A DNA stretch of 64,000 nucleotides from Candidatus Latescibacterota bacterium. Lineage in GTDB: Bacteria; Krumholzibacteriota; Krumholzibacteriia; WVZY01. The position numbers and the translations under genes were made by a program. Under the pieces are notes generated by a model. It did not search any database. It was not told the DNA's origin and saw only the letters and a list, made by a program, of their open reading frames with translations. Positions within the stretch are counted from its first letter, which is position 1, and each line of letters begins with the position of its first letter. Shown here piece by piece: positions 59,221 to 64,000 of this stretch. The DNA is taken from the NCBI GenBank assembly GCA_963791045.1, contig CAWBQK010000013.1, forward strand, positions 32,001 through 96,000. Direction: 5' to 3'.

Positions 59221-60077
59221 CACGATACGTGACGAACAAGCTCTACGCTCTCGCCGCCGCGACATCGATCTTTCTCGTGTCGGCGAGTGGTTATGCCGCC
59301 GCATCCGGCGAAGGCGAGGCGCACGAACTCCCCAACTTTATCACGGTTATATATCACTTCCTCGTAGGTACCACTGTCGGCGAATTTCTCCACAAGTGGG
59401 AGAACCTGATCTTTTCCTTTCTCATCGCCGGCCTTCTTATATTGATCGTTAGAATCGCCTCAAAGAATCCCAAGATGATCCCGGGGAAGTTCCAGAACGC
59501 CATCGAGTTCGTCATCGAAGAGCTGGAAAAGTTCATCGTCGGCATTCTAGGTCCACGCGGCAAAAAGTTCGTCCCGTTTCTTGGCACCCTCTTTCTCTAT
59601 ATTCTTCTGATGAACTACATGGGATTGATTCCCCTTATGAAAGCGCCCACAGCCGGGATCAACCAGACCATTGCCCTGGCCTTGTGCGTTTTCGCCTATG
59701 TCCAGTTCACCGGGCTCAAAGAAAACGGTTTTCTTGGTTATCTCGACCATCTCGCGGGGCAGCCGCGGTCGATGATGCAGTACTTCTTCGTACCGATGAT
59801 GTTTCCGCTTCACATCATCGAGGAACTTGCCAAACCGATGAGCTTATCGCTTCGTCTCTTTGGTAACGTAACCGGTGAAGACATTCTGATTTTCATTTTT
59901 GTCGGTCTTGGGGTTGGATTGATGAGTTTTTCACACCTCCCCATCGGTATCCCGCTGCAGCTGCCGTTCTACTTTCTTGCGCTGCTTACGGGATTTATTC
60001 AAGCACTCGTGTTCATGTTGTTGAGTACGATTTATTTCTCAATGATGCTTCCGCATGATGAGGATGAGCATCACTAG
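59217..60077 (+). CDS. atpB: F0 subunit a
   Basis: PGKFQNAIE, NYMGLIP, KPMSLSLRLFGN, IQALVFMLLSTIY. Confidence 0.96.
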   Translation: MTRYVTNKLYALAAATSIFLVSASGYAAASGEGEAHELPNFITVIYHFLVGTTVGEFLHKWENLIFSFLIAGLLILIVRIASKNPKMIPGKFQNAIEFVIEELEKFIVGILGPRGKKFVPFLGTLFLYILLMNYMGLIPLMKAPTAGINQTIALALCVFAYVQFTGLKENGFLGYLDHLAGQPRSMMQYFFVPMMFPLHIIEELAKPMSLSLRLFGNVTGEDILIFIFVGLGVGLMSFSHLPIGIPLQLPFYFLALLTGFIQALVFMLLSTIYFSMMLPHDEDEHH

Positions 60078-60099
60078 TCCTTAAAAGGAGGATTCTACA

Positions 60100-60339
60100 A
60101 TGGACTATCAAGCAATGTTGGGTTTGTCTCTCCCGATCGGACTCGGTATCGCCGCTGTGGGTAGCGGTCTCGGTCTTGGCAAGGCCGTCGGTTCGGCAAT
60201 GGAAGCCATCGGTCGTCAGCCTGAAGCTTCGGGTAAGATCCAGGTCGCGATGATCATCGGCGCCGCGCTCATCGAAGCGCTCACCATTTACGCGCTGGTA
60301 ACCGTCTTCTTGCTTCAGGGCAAGATTGGAACCCACTAG
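60100..60339 (+). CDS. atpE: F0 subunit c
   Basis: [28 protein letters not shown]. Confidence 0.97.
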   Translation: MDYQAMLGLSLPIGLGIAAVGSGLGLGKAVGSAMEAIGRQPEASGKIQVAMIIGAALIEALTIYALVTVFLLQGKIGTH

Positions 60340-60428
60340 TAAATCAGTCGCCACAGTCATCCGATTGACCGCAGGCCGAGGGCGGCACGCGTTCGCCTTG
60401 GCCCGGTTGAATCGATAAGGAGCTTATT

Positions 60429-60914
60429 ATGCAGATCGAGTGGGGACAGATCGTCACCCATATTGTCGGCTTCCTTATCGCTGTGTGGTTGGTGAGACGA
60501 TACGCCTGGGACAAACTCATGGCGTTTATCGAGCACAGGCGTGAGACCATCGCGAATTCGTTCTCCGAAATCGAACAGGGTCGGGAGGACGTTGCCGCGC
60601 AGAAGCAGCACTACGAGCAGGAACTCGAAAACATCGAGGCCACCCGCCGCGTCAAGATTCAGGAAGCGGCCCGCGAAGCGGAAACATTCGCCGGCGAGAT
60701 CCGTGAAGAGGCCCGCAAAGAAGCCGTAGGAATGCGGCAGAAGGCCAAGCAGGATATCGTGGTTGAGATCGACAGGGCCAACGTGTTGTTCAAGGAAAAC
60801 ATGGTCGAGGCGGTTTTTTACGCCACCGAAAAGATCATTAAGGACAAGCTCGACAAGGATAAGCACACCGCGCTCATCAACGATTTCCTCGACGAGGTAA
60901 AGGTGGATCAATAG
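60429..60914 (+). CDS. atpF: F0 subunit b
   Basis: N-terminal TM, RRETI, long charged helix. Confidence 0.93.
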   Translation: MQIEWGQIVTHIVGFLIAVWLVRRYAWDKLMAFIEHRRETIANSFSEIEQGREDVAAQKQHYEQELENIEATRRVKIQEAAREAETFAGEIREEARKEAVGMRQKAKQDIVVEIDRANVLFKENMVEAVFYATEKIIKDKLDKDKHTALINDFLDEVKVDQ

Positions 60915-60970
60915 CGCGAACCGCCCCGGGGCGGACCGCCAGGAATCCAGACAAGGAAGAGGTTTCCGCA

Positions 60971-61564
60971 GTGATAATCAGCGGGATAGCACAACGATAC
61001 GCAAAAGCGTTACTCCAGGCCGCCTTGAAACAAGACGTGGTCAAGGAAGTGTACGAGGACACGCAGGGTTTTCTCTCACTATTGAGCGAAGAGCCCGCGT
61101 TCCGGAACTTTCTGCTGGCGCCGCAGGTGTCGACCGAGAAGAAGCAGGATGTCATCAAGAAGGCCATTGGCCCGCACGCTTCCCGCCTGGTAGTGGAAAT
61201 CATCGATCTTCTCATCGAGAAGAAGCGGCTGATGTTTGTCGAGGAGATCGCCGAGGCTTATAAGGTTCTCTACGAAAAACACATGGGAATCGTGGAGATT
61301 CAAGCGGTTACCGCAATACCACTGGATGATGCGCTCGAGACAAAGCTACGCACGAAACTCGAGAGCGAAACGCAAAAGACCATTCGGATCAAGACGGTGG
61401 TCGATCCGTCGATTATCGGCGGCGTAGTTTTGCGAATGGAAGACAAGGTTATCGACGGAAGTATCCGCCACAAAATCGATATGCTCAAACGGCATGTCGG
61501 GGAAACAAGAGTCGAATCTCTCTCCGGTGCCGGTGGCACGCCTCCCGCTGAAAACGATGAATGA
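60971..61564 (+). CDS. atpH: F1 subunit delta
   Basis: IAQRYAKAL, VDPSIIGG, IDGSI. Confidence 0.95.
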   Translation: MIISGIAQRYAKALLQAALKQDVVKEVYEDTQGFLSLLSEEPAFRNFLLAPQVSTEKKQDVIKKAIGPHASRLVVEIIDLLIEKKRLMFVEEIAEAYKVLYEKHMGIVEIQAVTAIPLDDALETKLRTKLESETQKTIRIKTVVDPSIIGGVVLRMEDKVIDGSIRHKIDMLKRHVGETRVESLSGAGGTPPAENDE

Positions 61565-61630
61565 TATTTAATATGAAAGACGCACACGCGACACGCACGA
61601 GTTGAAAACGTCCGAACAGGAGAAATCAAG

Positions 61631-63157
61631 ATGGCTTTTAGACCGGAAGAAGTGAGCTCCATCATTCAAAAAGAAATCGAGGGATACGAAGCCAGCCTCG
61701 ATACCGAATCCGTAGGGACGATCCTCCAAATCGGGGACGGAATCGCGCGAATCTGGGGACTCAGAGACGCGATGGCCGGCGAACTCCTCGAATTTCCCGG
61801 CGGAATCATGGGGATGGTTCTCAACCTCGAGCCGGACAACGTCGGCGCCGTGCTTTTCGGACCGGAATCGAACATCAAGGAAGGCGACACGGTCAAGCGG
61901 ACCGGCAAAGTGGCGCAGATCCCAGTCGGCGACGCGCTTCTCGGGCGTGTGGTGGACTCGCTGGGCCAGCCCATCGACGGCAAGGGCCCGATCGTGACCG
62001 AAGAGTCGCGGTTGATCGAGAGCATCGCGCCCAACGTCGTGCAGCGGCAGCCGGTCAAGGAGCCTCTCCATACTGGACTCAAGGCCATCGACTCGATGAT
62101 TCCGATTGGACGGGGTCAGCGAGAACTCATCATCGGTGACCGCCAGACCGGTAAGACGGCGATCGCAATCGATACGATCATCAATCAGAAGAATTCCGGC
62201 GTCATATGCGTCTACGTCGTCATCGGCCAGAAAGAATCGACTGTCGCGCAGGTCGTAAAGACACTGGAAGACCATGGCGCCATGGAATACACCGTCATTG
62301 TAGCCGCCACGGCGAGCGACCCCGCGCCATTGCAGTTCCTTGCCCCCTATGCGGGCTGCGCGCTGGGCGAATACTACCGAGACAAAGGCGGCCACGCCGT
62401 CTGCTTCTACGACGATCTTTCCAAGCACGCGCAGGCATACAGACAGGTCTCGCTTCTGCTCCGGCGGCCGCCGGGACGCGAAGCGTTCCCCGGCGATGTG
62501 TTCTATCTCCATTCGAGACTTCTCGAGCGCGCCGCCAAGCTGAACGACGAATTGGGCGCCGGGTCACTCACCGCGCTTCCGATCATCGAAACCCAGCTCG
62601 GTGACGTCACGGCGTACATTCCGACAAACGTCATCTCGATTACCGACGGACAGATCTTTCTTCAGAACGATCTCTTTTACTCGGGCGTTCGTCCGGCAAT
62701 CAACGTGGGTATTTCGGTCTCGCGAGTCGGCAGTAACGCGCAAACCAAGATGATGAAGCAGGTAGCCGGCGGGCTCCGCATGGACCTTGCCCAGTACAGA
62801 GAGCTCGCCAGCTTCGCCAGGTTCGGTTCGGATCTCGACAAAAACACCGTCGCACAATTAACGCGTGGCGAAAAGATGGTCGAAATCCTCAAGCAGGATC
62901 AGTACGTGCCGATGCCCGTGGAAAAACAGGTCATGATCATTTTCCTGGCCAACCGCGGCTATCTGGACGACATCCCGACCGAAGAACTGAAACGCTTTGA
63001 AAGTGAGTACACGACGTTCGTCGAGGCCGAGTACCCGGACCTCGTGCGCACGCTTGCCAAGGAACTCAAGATCAGCGACGCGGCCGAACAGCAGATGATC
63101 CAGGCGGCCGAAAAGTTCAAATCAGGTTTTATGCAGGCGATCCAGAAGACCGACTAA
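61631..63157 (+). CDS. atpA: F1 subunit alpha
   Basis: [31 protein letters not shown]. Confidence 0.98.
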   Translation: MAFRPEEVSSIIQKEIEGYEASLDTESVGTILQIGDGIARIWGLRDAMAGELLEFPGGIMGMVLNLEPDNVGAVLFGPESNIKEGDTVKRTGKVAQIPVGDALLGRVVDSLGQPIDGKGPIVTEESRLIESIAPNVVQRQPVKEPLHTGLKAIDSMIPIGRGQRELIIGDRQTGKTAIAIDTIINQKNSGVICVYVVIGQKESTVAQVVKTLEDHGAMEYTVIVAATASDPAPLQFLAPYAGCALGEYYRDKGGHAVCFYDDLSKHAQAYRQVSLLLRRPPGREAFPGDVFYLHSRLLERAAKLNDELGAGSLTALPIIETQLGDVTAYIPTNVISITDGQIFLQNDLFYSGVRPAINVGISVSRVGSNAQTKMMKQVAGGLRMDLAQYRELASFARFGSDLDKNTVAQLTRGEKMVEILKQDQYVPMPVEKQVMIIFLANRGYLDDIPTEELKRFESEYTTFVEAEYPDLVRTLAKELKISDAAEQQMIQAAEKFKSGFMQAIQKTD

Positions 63158-63175
63158 ACGAGACGGACGACTAAA

Positions 63176-64000
63176 GTGCCTTCAATTCTCGACATAAAAG
63201 ATCGAATCAACGCGATCGAAAACATCAGGAAGCTCACGCGGGCGATGCAGCTCGTCGCCGCGTCCAAATTCAAACGCGCCGAGAACAGAACCAAAACGAT
63301 GCGGCCGTACAGCGAAGAACTCGACGGGATCCTCGGGATTCTCGCCGGGCAAACGCAAGACGCGGATGATGGCGGTTCGTCGGAGACGACGTTTGAATTG
63401 TCGTTTGGAGAGGATGAACCCTCCATCGAGGTCGCCGTGGACGATTTCTTCGAAAAACCGGACGAACCGGAACCGAAGCGCCCCGGCCTGATTATAGTGA
63501 CTTCGGACCGCGGACTCTGCGGCGCGTTCAATACGCGGTTGATCCGAGCGGCCCTCGAATTCGTCAAGACCCACCCGGAAATGGATGTCCAGTACATACC
63601 CATCGGGCGAAAAGGAAACGCTTACTTCAAAGCGAGACGGATACCGGTGCTTTTCTCCGAGGAAGGATTGAGCGACAAACTCGACCTCAAAGAGATTAAG
63701 AATCTGACGACCAGGCTCGTTCAACTTTACGTTTCGGGCGAAGTCGACGCTCTGTATCTCGTGTTTGCCGAGTTCAAATCGGCGATGGTTTCGAAGATCC
63801 GGGTGGACAAGTTTCTCAGTATTCCCAGAGTCGAAACCGACGACGAGAAGCAGCAGGATGATTACATTCTGGAGCCCGACCGCGACGCGACATATGAGAC
63901 CCTTCTCCCTCTTTATGCATCGACAAAGATATTTGCGACGCTCGCCGACTCATTTGCATCAGAGTTCGGCGCGAGGATGTCGGCAATGCAGCTGGCGACC
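63176..64000 (+). CDS. atpG: F1 subunit gamma (partial, runs off window)
   Basis: Manual translation from GTG 63176: DIKDRINAIENIRKLTRAMQLVAASK...TSDRGLCGAFN...ASEFGARMSAMQLAT. Confidence 0.95.
   Translation, partial: MPSILDIKDRINAIENIRKLTRAMQLVAASKFKRAENRTKTMRPYSEELDGILGILAGQTQDADDGGSSETTFELSFGEDEPSIEVAVDDFFEKPDEPEPKRPGLIIVTSDRGLCGAFNTRLIRAALEFVKTHPEMDVQYIPIGRKGNAYFKARRIPVLFSEEGLSDKLDLKEIKNLTTRLVQLYVSGEVDALYLVFAEFKSAMVSKIRVDKFLSIPRVETDDEKQQDDYILEPDRDATYETLLPLYASTKIFATLADSFASEFGARMSAMQLAT

Noticed and set aside
60100-60339. Na+-translocating ATP synthase
   Set aside because: The c subunit has GLGLG and EA rather than the Gln plus ES/ET sodium-binding signature; H+ coupling is more likely

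Overview
A GC-rich bacterial chromosomal window. The C-terminal FlgD-Ig/'PNPFN' domains and a C-terminal 'TTWGxxKxxF' motif point to an FCB-group candidate phylum such as Krumholzibacteriota or Latescibacterota (inference). Housekeeping content: smpB, tRNA-Leu(CAG), a TPAT/TRAP-T transporter, mrp/nifU, gpmI, rmlD/DegT/glycosyltransferases and the start of the F0F1 atp operon. Accessory content: secreted FlgD-tailed enzymes, a pgaDCAB-like (PNAG-type) polysaccharide operon, a frameshifted DUF222-like/HNH gene with an odd low-complexity leader, and a palindromic repeat family with one copy inside a coding gene. The best candidate for an undescribed system is the four-gene DUF11 operon (27.3-40.6 kb, minus strand). 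Its proteins carry complementary N-terminal 'donor' strands and C-terminally truncated 'acceptor' DUF11 domains with split Lys/Asp and Asn isopeptide residues. The arrangement fits chaperone/cap (acceptor, no Lys), shaft (donor + acceptor), outer-membrane barrel/OmpA base (donor only) and tip adhesin (acceptor only), i.e. a putative sortase-independent, isopeptide-linked, donor-strand pilus, behind a sigma54-like promoter next to an NtrC-type two-component system. Six apparent single-base indels in four genes suggest sequencing/assembly errors. All family assignments are by-eye motif recognition; no searches were run.
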